64,000 nt of DNA, taken from contig OZ245006.1 in the NCBI GenBank assembly GCA_965223545.1, positions 4,800,001 through 4,864,000 of the forward strand. Reading direction: 5' to 3'. Both the position numbers and the translations under genes were made by a program. The notes beneath the pieces are model-generated. The model was not told where the DNA came from. It did not search any database and was given only the letters and a program-made list of their open reading frames with translations. Positions 20,907 to 29,681 of the stretch are shown here, piece after piece; position 1 is the first letter of the stretch, and each line of letters begins with the position of its first letter. The DNA is from Planctomycetota bacterium (GTDB lineage Bacteria > Planctomycetota > UBA1135 > UBA2386).

Positions 20907-22534
20907 TTGCCCCCGTTCTTCTCGCCGGCCTGCAGGCGGTTGAAGTAGCCCTGGATCGAATCGTGATAGCCGGGCGGAACGTCCTCGCGCAGGATCGCCT
21001 CGCTGGCACCGCTCTGCACCGCGCGCAGGAGTTCGGCGTAGTCCTCGCGGGCCTCACCGCTGTCCGCGGCGCGCTCGGTTTTCCACTGCAAGAGCATGCG
21101 GCCCGCCACTCTTGCCGACGGGACGCGCCACGGTCGGAAGCCGGTCGGGCCCTCGGCTTCGGCGACTCCGCCACCACCGAACCCGCGTCCGCCCGAGCCC
21201 GGGCCGGGCTGGGTGCCGGTGCCGTTGCAGCTGCCACACCCCTGGCCACTGCACTCGCCGCAGACGTGCTCGGCCTGACACTGCGCCAACGACTCGGACA
21301 GGCACTCGGCGGCCTCGCCCATCGACTGGCACTCGGCGCAGACCTCGCCGTCGAGAGCACCGAGCTGCTGCAGCTGCTCGGCGAGACGGAGCGCGTCCAG
21401 CGCCTGCTCGAGCTCGGCGAGGTCGCGCATTCCTTGCGCGAAAGCCTCGAGTTCCAGCGCGGCGTCCTCCAGGGCTTCGTCGCTGCTGCCTTCCTCGCTC
21501 GACTCGAGTTCCTGCAGCGCGCGAGTCAGTGCTTGGGCCAGCTCGCTCGCACCCAGCTCTCCGCTCGCGGTCTCGCGCAGCTCCTGCAGCGCGGTCCGCG
21601 CCTCGGCTGCCGCGCTGCGATCGCCGCGGCTGGCCTTTTGCGCGAGCTCGCGGACCTCCGCCAGCTTGCGCTTGGCGGAGCTGCTGTCGCCCCGGCGGAC
21701 GGCTTCGGCGAGTGCCCGTTGCTCGTTCGATGGTGATCGGCCGATGCTCTGGCGGCCCGAGCCGCCCGCCCGCTGTTGTTGGTTCGCGCGGCGTTCTTGC
21801 CAGCGGTCGCCGATGGTCTGCCGCTGCTGGCGCAGGCGGCGTTGGTTCTCCGGGTCGCGCGGCTTCATGGCGCGCAGGGCGGCGCGCAAGGCGGCGAGCT
21901 CGGCATCGACTTCGGGGGACAGGGCGCGGTCCAGCGGGCGCTTGCGCAGTGCCTGGCGGCGCGCCGCGGCCGCCTCGCGCTGCGCCTCGGTGGCCGAGTT
22001 GTCTCTCCTTTCCTGGTCCGCCTCGGTCGCCGCGCGGTCCAGCGGCGGCAGCCAGAGGGCGACGGCGGCGAACGCGAGCATCCCGGTCGTCGCCCGGGCC
22101 GCGCCGCGACGGGGTCGCCAGGGCACCACCGCGGCGGCCTGCACCGTCTGGGCCCGTCGATCGGTGTCGGCGTCGACCAGCGCGCGGTAGTCGGGGTGTT
22201 CGGGGCCGTTGGCCAGGCCGGCGTAGGTCAAGAACAGGTCGCTGCTCTGCTGTTGGTGGTCGATCAAGCGCGCGGCGTCGCGGGTTCCGACCCGCGGAGT
22301 CATCCACCAGGCGGTGAGCGCGGCGAGGGCAGCGCAGACGGGCAGCCAGTAGAGCGCCCCGCTCGGATCGAACGACAAGAGCCGGGCCGCGGCGAGAGCG
22401 ACGGCGGCGGTGATCGTCAGCGCGGTCAGCAGAGTGGCCGCGCGGCGTGCCCAGGAGCCGGTGCGCTGGCGGCGGGCGACCTCTACCAGGAGCGTGTCGC
22501 CACGGTGTTGTCGGGTTCCCGGAGACTCCTGCAT
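20903..22534 (-). CDS. Membrane-anchored coiled-coil protein with Cys-rich C-terminal motif
   Basis: N-terminal TMs, long coiled-coil, CGECSGQGCGSCNGTG, C-terminal EDVPPGY...YF. Confidence 0.7.
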   Translation of the reverse strand: MQESPGTRQHRGDTLLVEVARRQRTGSWARRAATLLTALTITAAVALAAARLLSFDPSGALYWLPVCAALAALTAWWMTPRVGTRDAARLIDHQQQSSDLFLTYAGLANGPEHPDYRALVDADTDRRAQTVQAAAVVPWRPRRGAARATTGMLAFAAVALWLPPLDRAATEADQERRDNSATEAQREAAAARRQALRKRPLDRALSPEVDAELAALRAALRAMKPRDPENQRRLRQQRQTIGDRWQERRANQQQRAGGSGRQSIGRSPSNEQRALAEAVRRGDSSSAKRKLAEVRELAQKASRGDRSAAAEARTALQELRETASGELGASELAQALTRALQELESSEEGSSDEALEDAALELEAFAQGMRDLAELEQALDALRLAEQLQQLGALDGEVCAECQSMGEAAECLSESLAQCQAEHVCGECSGQGCGSCNGTGTQPGPGSGGRGFGGGGVAEAEGPTGFRPWRVPSARVAGRMLLQWKTERAADSGEAREDYAELLRAVQSGASEAILREDVPPGYHDSIQGYFNRLQAGEKNGGK

Positions 22535-22654
22535 CGCAGCGGGACTATACGTCGCGCGACCGAGGAGTGCACCGGGGTGCCGGGTGGTTCGCCTGGCAAG
22601 CCAGCCCGGCGGGTGGGGGCGGTCCGCGGCGTTGGCCGCGGACCGCGGTGCTTC

Positions 22655-25129
22655 TCACTGCACCTGCTGGCGGTCGACGTTGGAGACCTCGACCACGTTG
22701 TTCTGGTTGTCGATCAGCACGGCGGTCGCGTCGATGACGAGGCCGGAGGCGATCTGCGCGATGGCGGCCGGGAACGTGAACGTGGTGTACGGATACACCG
22801 ACGGGCCGGCGTTGGTGAACGCGAACACGTTGCCGGCGCTCGGCGCGAAGCCGACGATGCTGGCGGTCAAGGCGTCGGCCTCGAGGCCGAGCACGTTGCC
22901 CATCGCCGCGTGGCGGCTGGTGTCGACGGACATCAAGGTGAAGCCGGTGCTCCAGCCACTGGCCGGGACGCCGGTGAGCGAGACGCGCAAATCACCGGGT
23001 TGGTTGGAGATCACATCCATCACCATGCCGGAGAGATCGCGTCCACCGCTGACGCCGCGGACCACCAGGGCGTAGTCGGCGTCGGTCGCCGCGGTCTCGA
23101 TGTGCGAGTCGGCGAGGATCTCGTCCGCCGTCACCTTCACGGTCCACACGCCGCTCTGCGGCGAGTTGAGCATGATCATTTCCTCGGTGTCGAGGCTGTT
23201 CTTGCCGGTCGGCGCCGCCGGGCTCACGTTGGAGTTGCCGAGGCCGAGGTTGCCGGCGTAGCGGGTGCCGTCCGGTGCGAAGGCCTCGACGTCGAGGTCG
23301 TTGAGGCGGTGGCGGCTCTGGTTGGCCGGGTTGCCCGGCGGCTCGGTGTAGGTGAGCGCGGCGCGGAACGCGTTGGTCGCCGGTGCGACATACACGAAGT
23401 AGGTCCGGCTCTGGCCCTGGCTCAGCACGTCGCGGGACGGGCCGGTGAGGGTGGCGTTCTCCTCGTCGATGACGAGCAGGTTGTCACGCTCGGCATACAT
23501 GTCGCCGATGTTGGGGAAGCCCCAGCCCTGCTGCACGCGCGTCGCGCGGTTGGTCGGCAGCGGGCGGGTGGTCGCCATCATCAGCGCCTTGACGGTCGAG
23601 GCGTGCGCGCGCAGGTTCCAGCGCTCCTGCCAGGTGCCACCGGGGTAGCCGAAAAGGCCGTCGCTGAACATCGTCATCGCCAGCAGGCCGAAGCCGTTGA
23701 CCATCGGGGTGGCGCCGGAGGTGCCACCGAAGTTGTTGGTGTAGCCGCTGTTGGTGCTGGTGGTGTTGATGCTGTCGTAGTAGCCGGTGAAGGTCACGCC
23801 GATGCGGCCGTCCGAGGCCGGGCCGATGCTGCCGGTGCGGCACCAGCAGTCGTCGGCCGGCGAGCTGTTGTTGAAGTGGTTGAAGCCACCGACGCTGTTG
23901 ATGTTCTTGGCCCACGCTTCGGGGCGCGACGGGCGCGCGCCGGCGTTGCTCTGGCTCTGCGTCTTCCAGATGTCCCAGTTGAACACCGACAGGTCGGCCT
24001 GCACCGAGGTCGAGGTGTAGCTCGTGGTGCGGCCACCGCCCCACGACTGCGTCGACGACAGCACCTGGTGGGTCTGCGTCAAGGTCTGCGCCAGGGTGTT
24101 GTAGCTGCCGACCGAGGCCGAGTAGTAGCCCTGGGCGAACGGGGCGCTGCCCTTGAAGAGCGCGCGGAGACCTTGGGCGAACACCTCGCCCGCGGTGTTG
24201 GTACCGTGCGTCGACGAGCCGTTGCGGGTCACCGAGATCGGCGCCGTGCGGTACGGGGCGCGGGCGGCGAACTCGGGGTGGCTCTGCTGGATGCCCTCGT
24301 TGACGTGCGTGCGGATGCCCTTGCCGTCGATCGGCGTGGCCAAGCCGTGCAGCGGCGCGACGCCGGCCTGGGCGAGCGCGTTGTTCATGTCGTACTCAGG
24401 TGCGGTCCAGCGGTCGATCCACATGACCGTGTTCTCGCTGGCCACCTGCAGCAGCTGGCCGCCGGTCAGGGTGGCGCTCAGCAGGGAGCCGTCGACCATC
24501 TCGACGGTGCCGCCGACGCGCTCGACCGCGCGCTCGAGCGCGTCCATGTCGGTGCGGTAGTTGGCCGCGATGATGTTGTAGCGGGTCGCCGGCAGGTCGG
24601 CGTCGGCGGTCAGGCTCGCGATGATCGCCGGCTCGAGCCGGTAGGCGGGGTGGTAGGCGGACACCGCGCGGACGAAGTCGAAGCCGGCGATCGCGGCCTC
24701 GGCGCTCCCGCTCATGCGGACCAGGTAGGCCTGGTTGGCCATCGGCACCAGGATCTCGGCACCGGCGGTGCTCATCGCGTCGCGGAACTCCTGCACCGGC
24801 GGGGTGTGGAACTGCACGAGGTGCAGCTCGTTGCTCCGCATGGCGGCCAGCAGGCCCGGCACCGGCGGGTCACCGATCGCCGGGTCGAAGTCGGCGAGCT
24901 GGGTGGAGATGGTGAACTTCGGCTGCGGCAGGGTGCGCCAGGAGGCGCCTCCGTCGCGGCTTACGCCGGCAACCCACTCGCCGTCCTGCATCTGCAGGCG
25001 GGTGATGGCGTCGCTGCCCGGGATGGCAAAGATCTGTGCGTTGGAGGCGGCGGCCTCTTGCGCGGTCGCAGCGGCACCGGCACCGGCTGCGTACAGAATG
25101 GATAGAGGGAGAACGAAGAGATTCCGCAT
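22655..25129 (-). CDS. Secreted S8 (subtilisin-like) serine peptidase
   Basis: Signal peptide and propeptide; HGTNTAG (His), SNAG (oxyanion Asn), GGTSGATP (Ser), QQGWG; the Asp site is atypical (HVNEGI). Confidence 0.85.
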   Translation of the reverse strand: MRNLFVLPLSILYAAGAGAAATAQEAAASNAQIFAIPGSDAITRLQMQDGEWVAGVSRDGGASWRTLPQPKFTISTQLADFDPAIGDPPVPGLLAAMRSNELHLVQFHTPPVQEFRDAMSTAGAEILVPMANQAYLVRMSGSAEAAIAGFDFVRAVSAYHPAYRLEPAIIASLTADADLPATRYNIIAANYRTDMDALERAVERVGGTVEMVDGSLLSATLTGGQLLQVASENTVMWIDRWTAPEYDMNNALAQAGVAPLHGLATPIDGKGIRTHVNEGIQQSHPEFAARAPYRTAPISVTRNGSSTHGTNTAGEVFAQGLRALFKGSAPFAQGYYSASVGSYNTLAQTLTQTHQVLSSTQSWGGGRTTSYTSTSVQADLSVFNWDIWKTQSQSNAGARPSRPEAWAKNINSVGGFNHFNNSSPADDCWCRTGSIGPASDGRIGVTFTGYYDSINTTSTNSGYTNNFGGTSGATPMVNGFGLLAMTMFSDGLFGYPGGTWQERWNLRAHASTVKALMMATTRPLPTNRATRVQQGWGFPNIGDMYAERDNLLVIDEENATLTGPSRDVLSQGQSRTYFVYVAPATNAFRAALTYTEPPGNPANQSRHRLNDLDVEAFAPDGTRYAGNLGLGNSNVSPAAPTGKNSLDTEEMIMLNSPQSGVWTVKVTADEILADSHIETAATDADYALVVRGVSGGRDLSGMVMDVISNQPGDLRVSLTGVPASGWSTGFTLMSVDTSRHAAMGNVLGLEADALTASIVGFAPSAGNVFAFTNAGPSVYPYTTFTFPAAIAQIASGLVIDATAVLIDNQNNVVEVSNVDRQQVQ

Positions 25130-25303
25130 GGACAGCCTCGTACAGAGGTTTTTGGAGGACTCCGGCCGGGGTGGGGCGTCGGCGCGGAGACAAGGTGGGC
25201 AGACGCGTCGCTATTGTGCGGCCTGACGCATGGACGATCAAGCGGCACCGGGGCCGATACCCGTCCGGCCCTTGTCAGGGGCGGAATCGCGCCCGGCGGC
25301 GCG

Positions 25304-26200
25304 TCATTTTCGGGCGTCGAGCTCAGCGCGCACCGATCGGTACACGATCTCCTGGAAGCGATCGGGCTTCATGAACCCCGTGCCCCACGTCGCGTCCCAC
25401 TCGGCCGTGGGCTTTGCCGCCCGCACCTCGTCCAAGGTCTTGCCGTCGCGCACCAGATCGGCGAACCGCGCGTGGATCGTGCCCAGGACCTCGCGGTACT
25501 GCCGCAGCCCATCGCGGTCGGTCAGCTTGCCGTGGCCGGGAATGATCGCCGTCTCGCCGTCGGCGATCTCGAGCACGCGGTCGACGGCGGCGATCAGTCC
25601 GTGCAGAGTGCCCCCGCTGTCGAGATCGATGTAGGGAAAGGCGCCGTTGAAGAACACGTCGCCCATGTGGATCACGTTGCCGCGCCGAAACCACACGATC
25701 GCGTCCCCGTCGGTGTGCGCCGCCGAGACGTGGAAGATCTGCACGTCGTCGCCGTTGAGGTGCAGGGTCACGCCTCCCGCGAACGTCACCACGGGCAGCG
25801 CCTTGCTGTCGCCCGCCGCCCGCTCCCCGCCCTCGGCCAGCTGCTGCGCGGACATGCGCTTGCGCACGTTTTCATGCGCGACGATGACCGCGCCCGCGCG
25901 CCCGAACCGCTCGTTGCCGCCGGTGTGGTCGCCGTGGTGGTGCGTGTTGATCACGAACCGGATCGTAGTGTCCGTCAGCCGGGCAACCGCGGCGCGGATC
26001 TGCGGCACCATCGGCGCGAACTGGTCGTCGATCAAGAACGTCCCGTCCTCGCCGTAGCAGACACCGATGTTGCCGCCGCGCCCCTCGAGCATCGCCACCC
26101 CGTCCCGGATCGGCACGGTGTGAATCCGCGCGTCCCCCTGCGCGACCAACGGAGCGCACACGACCATCGCGACAGCCAGACAACTCGCAGAATGGAACAT
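25304..26200 (-). CDS. MBL-fold metallo-hydrolase (cyclase-like)
   Basis: Signal peptide, NTHHHGDHTGGN, AHTDGD, HMGD, IPGHG. Confidence 0.9.
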   Translation of the reverse strand: MFHSASCLAVAMVVCAPLVAQGDARIHTVPIRDGVAMLEGRGGNIGVCYGEDGTFLIDDQFAPMVPQIRAAVARLTDTTIRFVINTHHHGDHTGGNERFGRAGAVIVAHENVRKRMSAQQLAEGGERAAGDSKALPVVTFAGGVTLHLNGDDVQIFHVSAAHTDGDAIVWFRRGNVIHMGDVFFNGAFPYIDLDSGGTLHGLIAAVDRVLEIADGETAIIPGHGKLTDRDGLRQYREVLGTIHARFADLVRDGKTLDEVRAAKPTAEWDATWGTGFMKPDRFQEIVYRSVRAELDARK

Positions 26201-26299
26201 CCCCGAAGCCTACCGAAAGTACGGAGCCAGTCCTGCCCCGGCAGATTTGTCGGCCCTTCAGGGCAGGAAACTAGCCGCTGAGGAAGGGGGAGGGGAACG

Positions 26300-26464
26300 T
26301 GTGAGGGGCCCGGCAGCTACGCCCCCAATAGCCACTGGAGCACGTTTGCCCCAGAGCCAGTCTGGGTCCGAGTTGGCCATCCTTCACTGGTGAGGGGCAC
26401 GTCGCCGTGCCCACTCCCGCAGGTCAGATTCGTTTGATCGCCGCCTCGGGCCGGGCCCACCACA
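26300..26464 (+). ncRNA. Candidate IS110 bridge RNA (copy 1; limits approximate)
   Basis: Closing stem GGGCCCGGC 26306-14 / GCCGGGCCC 26450-58; hairpins CCCAGA-GCCAG-TCTGGG and GGGCACG-TCGC-CGTGCCC; exact junction matches GAGCCAGTC 26354-62 and CAGGTCAG 26420-27. Confidence 0.7.
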
Positions 26465-26480
26465 ACAATGAGGATGAAGT

Positions 26481-27863
26481 ATGGCTGGGAAGAGCAGAAC
26501 GAGGAAGGGCAAGAAGCCCGCAGCGGAAGTATTGCCAGTCGTGAAGCCCAACGCCGCCGGAATCGACATCGGCAGCCGCGAGCACTGGGTGTGCGCAGCA
26601 GCACCCGACGGCAGTCGTCCGATCAAGCGATTCGGAACGACGACGCCCCAGCTAGAGGCGCTCGCGGACTGGCTGGAGGAGCTCGGAGTGCGATCCGTCG
26701 CGATGGAGAGCACCTATGTCTACTGGATTCCCGTCTACGAGCTACTCGAGTCGAGAGGCTTCGAGGTCATCCTCGCGAATGCCCGCGAGGTGAAGAACGT
26801 GCCGGGCCGCTCCAAGTCCGATGCCAGCGATTGCAGTTGGCTGCAGAAGCTACACACCTATGGCCTCATTCGCGCTTCGTTCCGGCCTCCGAAGGACATC
26901 TGTGCGTTGCGGACCCTGCAACGCCATGCCGCGTCTTTGATCGCGCAGCGCACGCGCCACACGCAGTTGATGCAGCGGTCACTGGATCAGATGAACGTGG
27001 CGATCCATCGCGCGGTAACGGACATCACCGGCAAGACCGGCCTCGCGATCATCCGCGCGATTCTCGCTGGTGAACGCGACCCTCGAGCGCTCGCCAGACT
27101 GCGTGATCCGCGCTGCAAGATCTCCGAGAAGGAGCTCGCGGATCACTTGCAAGGGACCTGGATCGAGGAGCACATCTTCACTCTCGCTTCGGGCTTGCGG
27201 ATGCTCGAGCACACCGACCACGAGATCGAGTCGGTCGAGAAGCGATTGATGGCGATGATCGAGGACCTGCAACCGGAGGAAGCCAAGACGGCCGACGTCC
27301 CCGAGCATCCAGACCCCCGCAAGGAGAGGAGCATCCGAACGAAGGGCGGCCGGGAGCTTCGCGATGCCCTCTGCCGGCTCGTCGGGTGTGATCTCACGCG
27401 AATCGACGGTATCAGCCCGAGCACGGCCATGATCGTGCTCACCGAGGTCGGCTACGACCTCGAAGCTTTCCCGACCGAGAAGCACTTCGTCTCCTGGCTA
27501 CGCCTGTGCCCACGTCAAGCCGTCTCGGGTGGAAAGCGCATCAAGAAGCACCGCAACAACATCGCGGTCAGCAGGATCGCCACGGTCCTCCGGATGGCCG
27601 CCCTGTCCCTCCAACGTACTCAGACAGCTCTCGGCGCACACTTCCGCAAGATCGCCCGCGCGAAGGACGGCAACGTCGCCATCTTTGCCATCGCCCGCAA
27701 ACTGGCCCTGCTCATCTACCGCATGCTGAAGTTCGGCCAGGACTACGTAGACGAAGGCGCCAAGGCCTACGAGGAGCGCTTCACCCAGCGACGCATCGTC
27801 GGACTCCGACAGAACGCTAAATCCCTCGGGTACAAGCTCATACCGATCGCCGAGGCTGGGTGA
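26481..27863 (+). CDS. IS110-family transposase/recombinase (DEDD + Transposase_20), 460 aa
   Basis: GIDIG (D), AMESTYVYW (E), KSDASD (D..D); C-terminal IDGISP..EVG..F.TEKHFVSWLRLCP...SGGK with the catalytic Ser. Confidence 0.96.
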   Translation: MAGKSRTRKGKKPAAEVLPVVKPNAAGIDIGSREHWVCAAAPDGSRPIKRFGTTTPQLEALADWLEELGVRSVAMESTYVYWIPVYELLESRGFEVILANAREVKNVPGRSKSDASDCSWLQKLHTYGLIRASFRPPKDICALRTLQRHAASLIAQRTRHTQLMQRSLDQMNVAIHRAVTDITGKTGLAIIRAILAGERDPRALARLRDPRCKISEKELADHLQGTWIEEHIFTLASGLRMLEHTDHEIESVEKRLMAMIEDLQPEEAKTADVPEHPDPRKERSIRTKGGRELRDALCRLVGCDLTRIDGISPSTAMIVLTEVGYDLEAFPTEKHFVSWLRLCPRQAVSGGKRIKKHRNNIAVSRIATVLRMAALSLQRTQTALGAHFRKIARAKDGNVAIFAIARKLALLIYRMLKFGQDYVDEGAKAYEERFTQRRIVGLRQNAKSLGYKLIPIAEAG

Positions 27864-27871
27864 GTTTCAGG

Positions 27872-28018
27872 TCAGCAGACACCGATGTTGCCGCCGCGCC
27901 CCTCGAGCATCGCCACCCCGTCCCGGATCGGCACGGTGTGAATCCGCGCGTCCCCCTGCGCGACCAACGGAGCGCACACGACCATCGCGACAGCCAGACA
28001 ACTCGCAGAATGGAACAT
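27872..28018 (-). pseudogene. Duplicated 5' fragment (48 codons) of the MBL-fold gene
   Basis: 27874-28048 is identical to 26056-26230; reads MFHSASCL...GNIGVC, then a TGA created by the IS right end. Confidence 0.85.
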
Positions 28019-28048
28019 CCCCGAAGCCTACCGAAAGTACGGAGCCAG
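27874..28048. repeat. Direct duplicate of host segment 26056-26230 between IS copies 1 and 2
   Basis: Exact repeat at offset 1818; begins and ends with AG. Confidence 0.93.
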
Positions 28049-28117
28049 TCCTGCCCCGGCAGATTTGTCGGCCCTTCAGGGCAGGAAACTAGCCGCTGAG
28101 GAAGGGGGAGGGGAACG

Positions 28118-28282
28118 TGTGAGGGGCCCGGCAGCTACGCCCCCAATAGCCACTGGAGCACGTTTGCCCCAGAGCCAGTCTGGGTCCGAGTTGGCCATCC
28201 TTCACTGGTGAGGGGCACGTCGCCGTGCCCACTCCCGCAGGTCAGATTCGTTTGATCGCCGCCTCGGGCCGGGCCCACCACA
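28118..28282 (+). ncRNA. Candidate IS110 bridge RNA (copy 2)
   Basis: Same sequence as 26300-26464. Confidence 0.7.
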
Positions 28283-28298
28283 ACAATGAGGATGAAGT

Positions 28299-29681
28299 AT
28301 GGCTGGGAAGAGCAGAACGAGGAAGGGCAAGAAGCCCGCAGCGGAAGTATTGCCAGTCGTGAAGCCCAACGCCGCCGGAATCGACATCGGCAGCCGCGAG
28401 CACTGGGTGTGCGCAGCAGCACCCGACGGCAGTCGTCCGATCAAGCGATTCGGAACGACGACGCCCCAGCTAGAGGCGCTCGCGGACTGGCTGGAGGAGC
28501 TCGGAGTGCGATCCGTCGCGATGGAGAGCACCTATGTCTACTGGATTCCCGTCTACGAGCTACTCGAGTCGAGAGGCTTCGAGGTCATCCTCGCGAATGC
28601 CCGCGAGGTGAAGAACGTGCCGGGCCGCTCCAAGTCCGATGCCAGCGATTGCAGTTGGCTGCAGAAGCTACACACCTATGGCCTCATTCGCGCTTCGTTC
28701 CGGCCTCCGAAGGACATCTGTGCGTTGCGGACCCTGCAACGCCATGCCGCGTCTTTGATCGCGCAGCGCACGCGCCACACGCAGTTGATGCAGCGGTCAC
28801 TGGATCAGATGAACGTGGCGATCCATCGCGCGGTAACGGACATCACCGGCAAGACCGGCCTCGCGATCATCCGCGCGATTCTCGCTGGTGAACGCGACCC
28901 TCGAGCGCTCGCCAGACTGCGTGATCCGCGCTGCAAGATCTCCGAGAAGGAGCTCGCGGATCACTTGCAAGGGACCTGGATCGAGGAGCACATCTTCACT
29001 CTCGCTTCGGGCTTGCGGATGCTCGAGCACACCGACCACGAGATCGAGTCGGTCGAGAAGCGATTGATGGCGATGATCGAGGACCTGCAACCGGAGGAAG
29101 CCAAGACGGCCGACGTCCCCGAGCATCCAGACCCCCGCAAGGAGAGGAGCATCCGAACGAAGGGCGGCCGGGAGCTTCGCGATGCCCTCTGCCGGCTCGT
29201 CGGGTGTGATCTCACGCGAATCGACGGTATCAGCCCGAGCACGGCCATGATCGTGCTCACCGAGGTCGGCTACGACCTCGAAGCTTTCCCGACCGAGAAG
29301 CACTTCGTCTCCTGGCTACGCCTGTGCCCACGTCAAGCCGTCTCGGGTGGAAAGCGCATCAAGAAGCACCGCAACAACATCGCGGTCAGCAGGATCGCCA
29401 CGGTCCTCCGGATGGCCGCCCTGTCCCTCCAACGTACTCAGACAGCTCTCGGCGCACACTTCCGCAAGATCGCCCGCGCGAAGGACGGCAACGTCGCCAT
29501 CTTTGCCATCGCCCGCAAACTGGCCCTGCTCATCTACCGCATGCTGAAGTTCGGCCAGGACTACGTAGACGAAGGCGCCAAGGCCTACGAGGAGCGCTTC
29601 ACCCAGCGACGCATCGTCGGACTCCGACAGAACGCTAAATCCCTCGGGTACAAGCTCATACCGATCGCCGAGGCTGGGTGA
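28299..29681 (+). CDS. IS110-family transposase/recombinase
   Basis: Translation identical to 26481..27863. Confidence 0.96.
   Translation: MAGKSRTRKGKKPAAEVLPVVKPNAAGIDIGSREHWVCAAAPDGSRPIKRFGTTTPQLEALADWLEELGVRSVAMESTYVYWIPVYELLESRGFEVILANAREVKNVPGRSKSDASDCSWLQKLHTYGLIRASFRPPKDICALRTLQRHAASLIAQRTRHTQLMQRSLDQMNVAIHRAVTDITGKTGLAIIRAILAGERDPRALARLRDPRCKISEKELADHLQGTWIEEHIFTLASGLRMLEHTDHEIESVEKRLMAMIEDLQPEEAKTADVPEHPDPRKERSIRTKGGRELRDALCRLVGCDLTRIDGISPSTAMIVLTEVGYDLEAFPTEKHFVSWLRLCPRQAVSGGKRIKKHRNNIAVSRIATVLRMAALSLQRTQTALGAHFRKIARAKDGNVAIFAIARKLALLIYRMLKFGQDYVDEGAKAYEERFTQRRIVGLRQNAKSLGYKLIPIAEAG

Larger units (their letters stand above)
26231..27875 (+). mobile_element. IS110-family element, copy 1 (1645 bp including one AG core)
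   Basis: Boundaries set by comparing three copies: starts TCCTGCCCCGG after ...GGAGCC|AG, ends ...GAGTTTCAGGTC|AG; no terminal IRs. Confidence 0.93.

Noticed and set aside
21776..25105. 1109-aa plus-strand ORF and many other long Arg/Pro/Ala-rich ORFs
   Set aside because: Antisense or off-frame shadows typical of high-GC DNA; the opposite or alternate frame holds the motif-bearing gene.
26228..26230. CAG at both IS ends as a 3-bp target-site duplication
   Set aside because: IS110 elements recombine through a shared core rather than making TSDs, and the aberrant joint at 27874 shares only AG, so the C is a coincidental donor/target identity.
26280..26308. Polypurine/G-run tract in the IS left end as a G-quadruplex
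   Set aside because: Only three runs of three or more G, and the third overlaps the predicted closing stem.
26468..27073. Overlapping 201-aa ORF and other small ORFs inside each IS copy
   Set aside because: Alternate-frame shadows of the transposase with no recognisable motifs; they recur only because the IS is repeated.
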